Source: Klebsormidium nitens (Eukaryota; Plantae; Klebsormidiophyceae). Taken from it: a stretch of 64,000 bases of DNA. Below, piece by piece: positions 1 through 13,322 of the stretch (its first letter is position 1; every line of letters begins with the position of its first letter). A program made the translations under genes and the position numbers. The stretch spans positions 1 through 64,000 of the forward strand of contig DF237386.1 of NCBI GenBank assembly GCA_000708835.1, written 5' to 3'. The notes below the pieces were generated by a model. That model saw only the letters and a program-made list of their open reading frames with translations. It ran no database searches and was not told the origin of the DNA.

Positions 1-506
1 AACATTCTCAGATCACACAATGGACCGTAGCAATATAGTTCTAACAACCACGCCAAGCACGTGCTTATACCCCACAACGGAGCTTGATTTTGAGAGTAGA
101 ATCTGACATTCAAACAATTGTCCGGCCTCCGCCGCACCCGAACAGTTGGTGAGAAGAAAGTTTGCTCACCCTTGCTTGTCGTCACAGCCAAGATGGTCGC
201 CGAGCATCGTTGTCGTGTGTCCGTTTGATCCAATCGTGTCTTCTAGAGGAAGGACGGCAGCCTCCTTTTATAAAAGGGTTTGCACAACAAACGGAATGAC
301 AATAGGGAAGGCTTCGAAACCAATCGAAAAAGACCAATCACAGTGTCCTTCTACGGGCCCCTACGTAGGTATACGCAAAGGGCATCAAACATTGAAAGAC
401 GGCATCAAAGTTTGAAAGAGCAGCACAGACCACCCCTGCAAATCTCCTGACGCTGTCCGACCAACTTTGATGGACGCACCACATGATGCAATATTGCACC
501 ATCAAT

Positions 507-553
507 CTTTGGGTCCTATTTGGGTTCTATTTGGGTCCTATTTGGGTCCTATT
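507..553. repeat. Short tandem repeat, about 4 copies of an 11-bp unit (TTTGGGTCCTA)
   Basis: Sequence reads tttgggtcctatttgggttctatttgggtcctatttgggtcctattt. Confidence 0.85.
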
Positions 554-2899
554 TCAACTGACATGCAGAGTAGATCGACCAGACTTGTCAGGCTGTTTAA
601 AAGTGGCAGGCCGGCGCGCTGTAGTCCACGAGTTACATGATGATGGAAGCAAGACCAGTTGAAACACATAAAATGGCGCGTCTTACCCATCTAGGCCGGC
701 AGATGGGGCTCAGTGGCAATGCTGTTCTTGTCTTGATTGGATGACATCAGCAGCTACCATCGTTGCCGATTGTTTACTAGGCTGCAGATCGAAACTTTGA
801 ACGGCAGTCCATCTAATGAGTGCATAAAAGCAATACGCAGCCGGCGAGACTACAGGGCCTTTGGAATTTTGGGCTGAAAAGACAGCCATGCCCGCTACCT
901 TTAAAATCATCTCCTTTGAAGTACAGCGCGTGCTTCTGAAGTTTAGACTGAGGCATCCCTGCCACCTGTTGACAAAACTCGAGTGGGGCTCGATGGCTCA
1001 ATGGAGGCTGATTGTGCATTGGTTTGAACGCAGATCAGGACGTTGCCAAAGCCAGATTCTAAGTTCCGTAACGATCGAAGGGTGGCCAAGCCCGCGCGAA
1101 GTTCGTTATTACTTCGGGCCAGTATCAGTACGCAGATAACTCTTGAGGAGCCTGAGTATGCTGGGAGTAATACTAGTTCGGCAAACTGTGGAGAAAACCT
1201 TCAAGAATGGAGTTCAATGGCTTCACTAGGGATGAGCTTCTAAGTTGAGGAATCGACTCCTCAACCAACCGCCCATCACTGCCTCACCGTCCAAAAGACC
1301 GCTAGCTCCACTTTGATCGACGTGCCTGAGTCCGTCTTCTCCTGGCAAAGCAACCATGACTGTATGCCAAGCGATAACGGTGTCTCTCCTGAGACGTGTA
1401 ACACACTGCTACGGCCATGTTGATGAAGTCCGCAAGAAGAAAGACAACATCAAGCAGAAAAAGGGAGCCAAAAAGCAAAGGGCTATCTCCGCCATCGCGT
1501 AAAGGCAACAGCCAGCGCTCGGGAATGCGCAAACAAGTCACGACGTACCGGTTAGTCACCTCGTCTGACAGCCATAACAAAATCCAAAGCTAGTTGAGTG
1601 GCTCATTCTTCTAACGAACCTTGCGTATCGTGTATAGCGCAAAAAAAACTGTGAATTCGCAAAGAAGTGCCAGTGTCCAGAAGCTTCACGGCCGCACACG
1701 GACCACGACGATGACGTCATGCAGAAAAGCTTTTCAGATCCCAGCGCCGGACAAGTTGCGCTTGCAACCTGACGCATTGCTGAACATTGCCCACTGTCTC
1801 ATCCTGCAAGGTTAACCATTGCGAAGTTGTGCACGTACAATGGAAGCAAAGCTACGAACTTTCGGACCTGAGGACCTGCACCCGAAATCGTAGCCACTTT
1901 GACGTGGAAGGAAACAAACCTACCGGTCAAGCAGAGTAGAGACGTTTGGCTGTCGATATACGCAACACGGAGCCACCCGTCCATAATAGGCATGTAATAA
2001 GGCATGCAGTTCAAGCATCAGACAGGTTAGCTAAGAACAGACGGACGTTTGGTCCAACTAACTCGGGCAATACCCTTGCACCGGGAAATCACGTCCAGCC
2101 CGCTTCCTTTGGTCCAGATCGATGTACTGAAGATATGAAGGGATTGTATGGCCGAACCGGTTATATCAGAGGCGAAAAAATTGGCGAAGCTGCCAGCAGA
2201 TCGTGAAAGAGCGGTCAAACTTATATCAGAGATGTGCAGCAGAACAACGTCCAACAAAGCCAGCAGTGATCAGACATGCAAGTAGACAACCAACAGCGCG
2301 CGCAACTTTGCTGAAAAACATACAATTTCGCTCAAATGGCACGTCAGAATTAGGAGCAGAGCAGCTTCGCGCTGGCGCTGTTGAGCCATGCCCTCTTGTC
2401 TTCACTGCCTGATTCTGGCGCCATGAATGCTTAGTACTGCTTCAAACCCAGAAAACCTTGGGGGTCAAACACACCGCGTTCCTGATCCGTCACCGACTGA
2501 AGTGGTCCTCTAACAACACTAAGACGCATGGTAGTAGACATTCGGGGGTAGTATCGGTGCAAACGGCTTAGACCTGTCGACCACGGAGAATCAAGTCTCT
2601 GTCAAAGCGAGACCTTGGGCTTTGGCAGTAAGCCGAGCAAGGACTGACAAATGTTTGCGTCCACTGGCTTCGCACAAATAGGCCAAGCAGTGAGGAACGT
2701 TAAGTAGTACCGCACAACGGTTTCTGCTCATAGTCAATGACAGCGCGCAGCAGAACAGCGGAGGAAAGCACACCGCTCGATTAAGAACGGCCGGCCGTCG
2801 GAGATTCGTTCCCGTTCTTAGACACCGAGAAAGGGAAGCCCTGAAAAGCGATAGGTTCCTGCAGGACCAAGCCTCCTAGAATCCCGGTCTCAGCATGAA

Positions 2900-4050
2900 A
2901 AAAGGGGTCACACAGCTAGTCCCGATTGGGGCCAGCATATACATCCTGACGCTCGCGAACCGGACAGCCTGTATTGCAACCACAACCAAACCCGACAGTG
3001 GTTTGAACCAATCATCTCAGCAGGCCCGACCGTCTAGCTCAACAGCAAGCGAGTCGCCGGGCTCAATGTTCGAATACATGGACCCCGTGTTGTGCTAGAT
3101 ACTTCATGTAAAGCCGCGTGCACACCACATCTTCAGTGCAGCTTAACGCACTTTGGTTAGCGGCCCGAAACACATCATCATTGCACGTGTGAAACAGGTG
3201 ACTATAGCCTAGTAGGCACTCCATGCGTGCAACTCCACTGCAAAGCTCTAAGCAACTTGATGCAGTTTGGTAGACGGTCGCCATACCATTCCACATCGAC
3301 GTGATTACCTTGATAGTCGCATACTTATGGCTAGCTTCAGTCAGGCATTTGGTAGCCCGGCGTTGGACTCGTGAGAATCCATGTTGGCCGTCACTTCATG
3401 GCCATCATTAGCCTCATAATTGTGTCGTCCCGACTAGCTACATTATCAGATTGAAACGTTGGGTGACTCCCGTCCAACGCAAGCAAGACACACGGAGAGC
3501 AAGACGCGTGCGGCTGAGTCGATGGATGGAGGGTTAGACCTTAGTGCCTCAATTGCTGCACTAAAGCCTCGAACTTTGATGATCAGCACTTCGACAGCTA
3601 AATACATCCGACTGACCACTTAAAAAATTCACTCACCCCACTTCAGAAGGGACGGGCGTGTTGCGTGGATATTGTGCCGAAGTTCGACCATTAAGCCCGT
3701 GTACAACTGTTCCAGCCGCTCCGCTCAATACCGACGTGCAGACTCACTTTGGGCAGCAACGTGGAAACCTCAGAGACAAGGCCTTGACGGCGCTGAGGGT
3801 CATACATCAACTGTGTGACGCCTTCTTTTAAGAATATCCAATTACTAAGCCCAATTTCGATGGCAAAGCCGTCCAGAAGAGAAGCAACCAACAGGATGTG
3901 AAACATTTCTGGTGCGCTCAGAGCCATTGGTTGTCAGTATGAGGATCGGGCGTTTCGGCGTCAAGGTTGACAATCTCTGGGAACGAAAAGCTCCCCGGGT
4001 TTCGCGGACTATTTCATGGCCACGTGCTTCGACGAAAATAAGCAAACGAG
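2900..4050 (-). mobile_element. Possible highly degenerate non-LTR (LINE-like) retrotransposon relic
   Basis: Broken minus-strand frames give RT-like fragments: RPILILT (cf. RPIsL), GLSNWIFLKEGVTQ (cf. GVRQG), RVQRRATK, and CLELC...SHLFHTC (cf. the C-terminal zinc-knuckle C-x2-C...HLF-x2-C). No intact YADD found; many stops and frameshifts. Confidence 0.3.
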
Positions 4051-5946
4051 TACCCGTGTCAAAGGCAACACAAATCCTGAGCAGAACTCAGTATTGACTT
4101 CCGAGCCAAAAAGTGGAAAGTCCTTCAGCAATTCGCAGCAGCGGCGTGCGACGGACGAGTCTTCTCTGTTGCATTTCAATCTGTATTGGGTATATATCTA
4201 TTCTTTGCAGAGGCTCTTTCTCATGAGGAGTATGGATCAAAGGTTACAGCCGTTGAATTCAGACCGACTCAGAGCGCTTGTCGCAGTTCACCGACTCTTT
4301 GCCAACCCGCTGCTCACAGAAGTGGCTGAAACGACGAGAGAGGTCGGTTGCTACAGCAGAAATTTAAAACAAGCTTCGCAACTGTCTCGGCAATTTCATT
4401 TCTGCGGAGCTTGGGTCTGGCCTTCACGTCTTGTAAACGAAAGACCCACAGAAAGTGCGAAAAGTACATAGCGTTGAGCTCGCTTCCACAGCAGACCAAC
4501 TTATGCATCTGCTGTGACTGACGTACACGGAATCATTCGAGAAACGTCAGGCGAATTGACGGACACGAAATGATGCAAGAACACACAACCAGGGAGCAGA
4601 ACTAACACATCCGGAGCAACTATCTGATAGACACGCATTCACAGATACTGAGTCCCTCTTCGTTGCTAAGGGCCGACTTGTCAAGAGGTTAGGTCACCAC
4701 AAGTACTGCCTCAGGGCACTAGCAAGAAGTTAGTGTTTCCGGACCAGCAAAGCAAAGGGGGGCTGATCCCGGTAACCCTGTCACCACCCACCCGAGATAA
4801 TGGTGGTGACAGACGTGTAATGAAGGCCACGCAGCTCTGCGTGGCTCTGATAAATCAAAAGACGAAGATTTGCAGATGTGGAAAGGCTGGCATCAAGCGG
4901 AGTAATCCAGGACCTAAGTCATTCAAACTTAGCTGGACCCCGTCTGCTCAACATCACGACCAACCGCGCAGGTTCTAATTGCGAGGACGACACTGCTCCG
5001 AACAATGGACAAAGAAATGGGGCGCACACATTAGGCACTGCAGTAATGGCACAGAATAGAAAGAATCTGTACAACAGACATGAGCATCGATTCGTCCCGA
5101 GGTCTCGCTCAAGTCGGACCGGCTCACGCTCTTCCAGCTATAGACCAGCACAGAACTCACATGCCAAATACACAGGTTTTTCTTTAGCTTCGAAAACATG
5201 ATGTTGACGAAGCTTCGAAACCAGAAGCGCGCCATAAATCTTACCAACACAAAATCGACGACTTTTAAAGCTAGTCCTTCAAAAGATGGAGTCTGCAAGT
5301 GAGCGCGTCAAGATGTTTTTGGATTTTACGGCACTAGAGGCCTGAGAAAACACGCACACGGTGCCGCAGTGCAGATACTCCAGCATAGGGTAGCTACCAT
5401 GGATGAGACTTGGTCTCTCAAACCTTCGGTTCCTCCTTGCTTTCGTGGTAGACTCGCCAGAACTCACAGAATCAGAATTAACAATAAACCGAGACAAGCC
5501 ATGCAGATCGTAGCAGACGATGTGTTGATGCTGCGCCCGTGAAAATATGACGCAGTCGCAACCAAAGGCCCGCATGTTTCACAAGCGAGTGTTTGTTAAA
5601 TCGGAGCTCGGGGGAACCAGATGCCATGAGACCTTTGTCTCTGCATACATGTCGAAAGCTGAAGGCGCTTTCGCCAATGCACATGCACACACCAGAGAAC
5701 TTTTGAAGCCCACTCAAACAACCGTCAATCTCACTGATTGGGCTCAATTGAAAGCATCAACGTACAAGAACAATTTTGGCAGGAAGGTCACTGGATATAT
5801 GTACACTTCTTTCGATCACGCTGTAATCCCACTTTTGTCCCCATCACACATACTAAGGCAGTCGCTAGCTTTTCTGAAGATCTTCCGACTTGACAATGAG
5901 CAATTTTGTTGAAGCTAGTTCCGAACTTTCGACGAACCTAGCCCTT

Positions 5947-8900
5947 TTAGTGCCGCACCTCTTCCGGCTGCCCCGCGTGGGTCAGCGAGAACTTGCCGTC
6001 CTTGGTCCGGTCCACCACCACGGGCACTGTCTCCGTCCGGTTGCCGTGCTGCAGCTCGAGCGTGAGGTGGAACGTCGTCGACTTGGACCCCACCTGGAAA
6101 GAACGAGAGCGGATTCAGTGTTTAGATCCAATGACATACTCCAGCTACCTAGGGTTTCACAGAGATGCACGCAAAGAAAGACGTTTATGTCACCTTCGCC
6201 GCTGGCAATTGATCCTTGCGCCGATCGTCACCTCCGTACTCAATCTCAAGAGCGAGGATATAGTCAAAATCCTCGCTGTTCCAAGTTCAGTAGGTTCTGA
6301 TAATTGGAGTCAAAAAATATTGTTGACCCTCCGAGGCAGAGCAGAACACTATCAACTTCGGCCTTAGCCAACCAAAGTTATGACTTGAATCACAATCTGA
6401 AGAATGCATCCAGTAGACAGCTCATTAATTGTGGCTGAAGCAGCGCGCGTGTCAGTGGAAAGTAGTGTCCTCTTGGGACGGACTGACCGACAAACGAACG
6501 GACGGACCGACAGACTAAGCAGATTTTACAACGGTATCCTCAATCCGGAATGATTCCTATGGGCCCGCCTGACAACGGGTAATCGGATGGACAGCTCCAC
6601 CAATCCGCCACAGCGTACGACGAACTACAAAGTGCGAAAACACAGACAAAGACCTAACGACCCCTCACCTGAGCTTTCGCCTCCTTAACTTTCTTGAGCT
6701 CCGGCTTCACCAACGAGTTGGACCGCGCTTGAAGCTGCTTGATCGCAAACTGTGCCGCATCCTCCACCGCAGGATCTTCCGGATCGACGGTCCGCAGGCC
6801 AGCGTCCGCTGAGCTGGCGCCCCCCAGGTGCGCGCCTAAATCGGATGGAGTTGCATCGGAGTCGCCGTGGCTGGACTTGGGAACCAGCTCGTACTTCTCA
6901 AGCGACCTGCAGAAATTTTATCGAGTTTTAGCAAAGTGATATTCAAGAACGCGCCACTCGCAGAGGTGAGTCACAAAAACTTCATCTGGTGACGTGGTAC
7001 GTTTCGCCTGTCTGAACGTCGGGCCTGAACTGTACATCTCCCTGCAGGAATGCTTACAAACTTGCAAAGCATCCCTCGGCGAAGCTTAGACCTCAACCAC
7101 ATATGATCCGACGGACATTGGTGCCTTTGAATATTCCGCTGTGGCTGGACTTCAGAACGAGCCCGTATGTCTCTGATGTGCTTCAGAAAACATCTCAAGA
7201 ATGGGAATGCCTATAGACTGTGGGAGAGTTCCTGACTTGGACTTGAGCCTAAACTTCCACTTCGATCAAAGCCGCGAATCGCCTTGCATGGAGTCTGCCC
7301 TACTGGTCGTGACATGATTTATGTCTGCCCACAATCCGGACAACAGGGTATTTGTTCCGAAAGGTTCGTGCGTTTGGACGGGCAAAATCTACTGGATTTG
7401 TGAAGGGAAAAGGATGATGTCTGGAGGACTCAAAACGAACACAACAAGCGCAGTATACATAAGCAGCCAGTTAAGAATTCAAGTCGAGGCGTCACTAACT
7501 GGTTTGACTTGTTTCTGGCTCCGATTGGAGCATTGCATCGATGAGGAAATGCATCTCAACTGCTTCTCTGTCATCGCCAGCTGCTTCTAGGTGGACGGCT
7601 CTGACAAGCCCCACTTGCTGGACTGCCTACCATAATGAAGAAGCCAAACAGACACGCAAGGGCAGAGAAATACGAAAGAGGGCAACGTTCAAGCATTGTG
7701 AGGATACGCCACGTTGCAAAACGGATCACGTGGTTCCGCTTCCCATTACCTGTTAAACTGCTAAAGAAGCGTTTACAAAGCACACACCAGTTGCGAACCT
7801 GCTAACGCAGCCGCCTTTTTTCTTTGCCAGTGGAAGAAAGCAGCTCTGCTGCAGAGACACTAGTTGCTGAACTGGAGTACAGGTTCAAATCGGATCGATC
7901 ACACTAGACAACGGGGGTGATTCTGATTGCCAAAAGAGCGCGCTAGAAGCGCTTCTTTTCTTCTTCTTACCCTTTCTACTTTTTCCCCTGGCAGGGAGAA
8001 AGGTGGGCAGTAACCCCCGAGCCAGGGTTCCCCGTGAAACCACACCAGCTCGAGTCCGGGTGCTAGGAAGGCATATGAAAGGAATTCACAAATTGAGGCC
8101 TTCGTTTAGGTGAAAGATCGCTGCATTAGGAGGCATCGGAGGAGCCTGCATTCACCGATGGGAAGATGCCCAATTGACAGCTCTTCATAGCCCGATTTCA
8201 AGACAGCAGCGACGTAGAGAACAACCACGTTGGTGCATGATAGCCAATCCGTTGTATGAATGCTTCACATATGTCAAAACAACCTTGTAGTGTTTGAAAA
8301 CGACTCCTGAGCTTGGTTGATGTCGAACACACAAGAGATCCACCAACTTGCGTGAACCCTTTCCAGTCTCCAGGAAACGAAACGCAGAACCAAGCATCGT
8401 TGCGACTTCAAGCAAAGTCAACAAGTAGGGAGGAAACCCAAAGCAGAGGCCGTTCAAGGATCTCAGGCCGTCCCAAGCGAAGGCGGAATAACGAAAAGTA
8501 GACCACGTTGAGGAAGTCAGAAGGTGAACGTGTGAAGGTGCAGTGCAACAAAGACCGTAAATGGCTAACACATTTCAGGTAGCTGCGCTGGTCGGACAGT
8601 CTGTTTTCTTCTTCTTTCAGCAAGCTCGAGCTGATAGCTCTAGCAAGATAAACGCTCAAAGATGGACATTGGCTGTGAACTAAGACCAACTTCCCAGGCT
8701 GATCAGTGAAACTCCGGCTGCCAACAATTTATCTCCCAGTTCCCCGTCGCAGGCTGGCGCTCCCTTGCTTCCTTTGCTTGTGCTCCTCATATGGCTCCGA
8801 CAAAGGGACCTCCAAAGCAGGTCTGCCGCTGCCACGTTGGCAATATTTTCAGTATTAGGTCTTAAGGGCCTGTCGACGGGGACCCTTTCCTTGTTACCAA

Positions 8901-11495
8901 GAGGCCCATGGCAGCCTCGGCCTAACCGCACTAGTATTCGAGGGCAGTTCAACTCATAATTACCTAGATTGGAATTGGAAGCATGGCCCTTGAGGGTTCA
9001 AACCCCACGTTATGGGGAGGGGCTAGTGTCTGCTTGACCTCGACAAATACAAAGAGATCCCTACAACTAAGCTATCCACCTCAAAGAGACCCCAACAACC
9101 TCACTCACGGCATCAGACCAGAGTTTGAATGCTAAAAGCAATGTCAGGATGGCTGGTCCGTGCAAGGCAGCAGACTCGACAATCAGAAGCGCCGTCTCTT
9201 AACATGAGCAGTCGAAAACAGCCACGTTCAAAGCATAACGGCGTTGATCTTGAGGGAAGACGGTGCCAATGTCCATTGGCACCGGAACTTCATTGGCAGG
9301 AAAGATATCAACAAAATATGTGAAGTAGGTTCGAGCAACCAGCTCTATTTCACAGGAGCTGCAACTTCAACCCACACTTCAACGCCAAGCACTATGTTTC
9401 TTCATTTTAAGACTCTGGGAAAGTTGTTCCATAAACCATCAACAACTTGCAATCGAAAACCGTCAGTGTTGCTGGCATCAGCAGAACCGAGAAATGTTAT
9501 ATCAGATGAAGCACCATCGCCGCAGAACGATAAGTGCCAGCCATAGGAAACACAAACTGCCAGCCAATTTCTGGGTTCTCCTGGAAACCACTTGGACGAC
9601 AAGGGGAGCAAACATGCCACATCAACAGCGCTTTCGCCCAACCATTGCTTGCACTGAAGAAAAAGCGTTGAGGACTCTGTCCGTCCACTTGCTGGACTCC
9701 GTTCGCTTGAAGGAAGAGAGCAGACACTTGTTGTAGAAGGGAAACGGGACATTTACGTTCATCGATGTATCGACAGAGCCGACCAGAAAGGAAGACACCC
9801 ACAGACATTTTCCTGTGCCTTCAAGTGAGAAGAACAGTCGGAAAAACCGATTGGCATCGGAGCAGCCTCAAAAAGTCCTGGAACTGTGTCCCAGTAGTAG
9901 CTCGTCATGGCCAAATGGCTAACAAGATATCCGAATGTTTTTCCAAGCGAGAAGATGCCAGCGCCCAACCAGAAGGTGCATATCAGTAGCGCATACTTCA
10001 ATAAACCATGCGCGCTCTAGGATGGGTTCAAAGCCCAGCTACGACCCCCCCAAAAAAGGAAAGACACGCACATTCAGGCACTCGTTACGCTCGGCTCTTT
10101 TCCTTCGTAAAAACAGTGCCCCTTCTCCAAGGCCCGGGAAAATAGAAACACTGCCCCCCTTCCGATACTCTCGGGACGCAACACACAAACACTATCTTCA
10201 AGAGTAAACTTTGCCAATTACCTGGTTGCATCAGGGCCTGGGGGCTCGTACACCGTTGCCTTGTACTCTGCGGGCCCCACGGGCGTCTTCACCTCCACAG
10301 TCAGCCGCCACATGAGACCGGCCACCACTTGCTTGGTTGCAGAGACAACGCGGACGAACTTCAGGTCGGGCGCATTCTGCACAGAATACGACAATCTCGT
10401 TTCAAGAGGTACAAGGGGCAAAAAACCTTCTAGCTGGACAACTGCGTGCATAGCTACCACTAGCTTGGTTGCAGACAACTCGAGGACGGACGTGAGGTCG
10501 GTGAGTCTGCAGAGGGTACAACAATCTTGTTATCTATAGAAAGACTGCCAAAGTACCTCCTATATCTGGACGACTGCGTGCATGCAATGGAGTTTTGTGG
10601 TGCATTCCTGAAAACGAAAAAACCCCTCGTTCCTTGCAAGGAAGTGGTGAAGCGTCAATCCTCCAAAATCTGGCTGTTACGCTTGAAGAATCCTGGCAGA
10701 ACCAAGTGACTGGTTGCTGGCATCGCTTGTCGATGCCAATGCACAGCATGCCACTTACACTCCTTGAAGTTGGACCGCTGTCACAGTAGAAGATCAATTG
10801 CATTGAGCTCCTGCCGAAGAAGTTGCAGAAAGAAACAATCAAGGACACCTGAACAGCCCAGCTTTTCGTTTCCAAGGAATAGCTTTTCTGTGCCAAAGCT
10901 TACGGAAACTCTTCGGACAACCAGGCAGAATCATCTTTGCAAAATGCTAATATTTCCGTGCCGACAATAAGAAAAGCAAACATACAAAACCAGCGGCTAA
11001 GCCAAGCAGAACTCGCCCTTGCGCTGCGCATGACGCCTTTTAAATCATTCAAACACCAAGAGTCCAGTAGTTTTCACATCTTCTTCTCTAACATTGCACT
11101 GAAAAAGACTTACATTGCAAAAAACCCTCCTGCACGGAGACACAAACCTCTGGCAAGAAAGAAACATGGTCTCTCGTCACCGATGAACAACAGCCTGAAA
11201 AGTTCCTTGCAAATGTAAGGACCATTTAAACACTACTTAAACAGCGCACCTGCTCTTTGGCAATTGTCGAGACCACATACTTCCCAACCTCTTCCGCGTC
11301 AGGATCATTGCTGCCGCCGACATCCACCTGACCCCCCGGCATGGGAACTCTCTGTGCCATTGGACTGCTCTTCCCAGAGTTCCCAACCAAACCAAAGGCT
11401 AGAAGCAGAACAGCCAAACTTCCGACCAGTGCCAAACCTATCAACCCGGAGCACCCTCTGCTGGATGCCGGTCGCTGCGGACCGCCTGCGTGCAT
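5947..11495 (-). CDS. Carboxy-extended phytocystatin (cysteine protease inhibitor), 4 exons, ~261 aa
   Basis: Exons 11495-11250, 10376-10222, 6906-6669, 6093-5947, all GT-AG and phase-consistent. N-terminal hydrophobic segment, PMPGG, QVVAG reactive loop (ATKQVVAGLMW), and a second cystatin-like domain with the ARSNSLVK (SNSL) motif typical of plant C-extended cystatins. Confidence 0.9.
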
Positions 11496-11499
11496 GACC

Positions 11500-12020
11500 T
11501 GGAGGGGGGTCTTCTCTGGACCAATTGCGTTCCCTTTGCTGTTCTGACTACTCAGATGCTGAACAACTGTAAAGAGCTAAAGAGCGAATCTTCAATTTTA
11601 CATGGAAGAATTGGAGCTGTGATGCCTTTCCGAAGCAGCCTTTGATCAGCAGTCGCAGCAGCAGTGCATGCTTGATCTCCCTTGCTGTCACACTAGCGCT
11701 TCTACCTGAAGAAGAAGAGAACTGAAGAACAGAGAGCTCTCTGGTCTCTCTTCTCGTCCTCCTGTGCTGCACGCTGTGCTGGATTCTGTGCTGAACATGC
11801 TGCGCGAGCTTGAATGCAAGCTCGCGCAGTTGCAATAGCGTAGTCTGACGTCTACATTCTAGACTGCTCAAAGTGCGCAAGTTGTTGAGCGCTCGCGCGC
11901 GTCAGCTCGATCATCATCGTCCTCCCTCCAGCCGTCTTCTTCCTCTTTCCGGCGACCAGGCAAGCAAGGGGCGGCCGATCGCCAGCAGCGGCAAGCGGTG
12001 CACAGGCGGTCTTCCCTGTG
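11500..12020. promoter_or_regulatory. Putative divergent promoter between the cystatin (-) and RPS7 (+), including a probable non-coding RPS7 first exon
   Basis: Head-to-head arrangement; CG palindrome gagcgctcgcgcgcgtc near 11888; pyrimidine tract cttcttcctctttcc near 11936; donor-like gag|gtgagg at 12021 and acceptor-like ttcctcag| at about 13304, just upstream of the RPS7 ATG. Confidence 0.5.
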
Positions 12021-13322
12021 AGGTGAGGAGCATCTTGTCTCCGTGCCATCTGCCCCTCTCGTTGGACGTCAGCTTTTGAGCTGGATTAATGGTTGCTTGG
12101 GGCTCCTTTACTCAGTTGAGGGGCGTCGCTACATTTTGTAGGCAAGAAGTCCTTTTGGTGTTTTGTTGCCAGCGTCTAGGGCTGGGCTCTTAGAGGGGGC
12201 TGCAGGTGCCCTGAAAGCTGCAGAAGTGACTGGAAGCTGGAGTTGAAGTTTGGAAGGGTAGCGTCTAGCCAGTTTGCCGTTTGGTAAAGGTAGTTCCTGC
12301 CAGCGCTCTCGGTCTTTGTGATTGCCCTGGGATCAATCAGGAGTTTTGTATTGCGTCATGACTCTTAGACAGCTTTGGATGGAGGCAGCAATACATACGG
12401 TGGGCCCGTATCCCCGCAGCAAGCCAGTGTTTGCTTGTATTGGGGAACCATACTTCGTGGATTACTTAGCTGTAGAATGCACTGCCAAGGAACACTCATC
12501 GACAATTTGATGGGGTTGCACATACTTTGAAGGAAAGCTTGTAGAAGTGGCAGTGCCTTCATCAAGTAGTTAGCGGACGGAGAGCAGCTGCGACAAGGCT
12601 TCTGAAAGGCCTGTTGAGAGACCACTCCACATCGACTTTGAATCATCAGGCTTAGTGGTAATGGTTATCTGCGGATGCCGCAGTATTGAGGGGCATTTAC
12701 ACCATACTTGGCATGGCAACTGCAAGCCAAGGGCATGGCGATTTGCGACAAGTCTGTAGTTGGCAACTGCGCCTTGGTCTGTTTGCCTTGCATCGGTCAA
12801 GTGAAGTGGCCTTTAATTTCCTCGGCTCATTTGTTGGGTTTGGTTAGTGGGGGCATTGGAACATCCCTGTTGGGACGAATACCGTTACCTCTAGAGCAGA
12901 GACACTGAAGGATTGGGAAGGATGGCTCCAACCTTGAACAGCGACATCTAGCAGCTCCTTAGGTTGTGTCACTGCAGATTGTTGGAAAGCGAGGTGCGAC
13001 AAGCAGCTTTAGTCATAGTTTTCATCAGCCAAACCGAGCGAGCTGCGCAATCTGCAGACGCTGTTCCTCGCTTGGTTCGCAGTCCCTTGTTCAGGGTTGT
13101 CTGTTGACTATGGCGGCGCTCCATTGACACCGCCAATGCAGTGTTCCTGGCTCCAGCAAATGCATCTGGTGAACTCAGCTGTGTGTCCGCCTGGAAATTA
13201 TGATACGGACAGGAATACTTGGATGGACACACGCTTCTGTTATCAAGGACTTTCCTCATTGGGCTTGCCACCAGCAATTGACGGTGCGTTTGTGTGATTC
13301 CTCAGGACGTCTGCCAGCAACC

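Noticed and set aside
40-110. Faint resemblance to reverse-complement 5S rRNA (gccaagcac...cggag)
   Set aside because: Only short scattered matches; no A/C box or colinear 5S structure.
146-420. Possible LTR fragment (ttttataaaaggaggc on the minus strand)
   Set aside because: No termini, PBS/PPT or second copy identifiable in the window.
9129-9940. Copia RT-like peptide (LARTSHPDIAFS, cf. TRPDIAFAV) in cystatin intron 2
   Set aside because: Single short motif with stops on both sides; no other pol motifs found.
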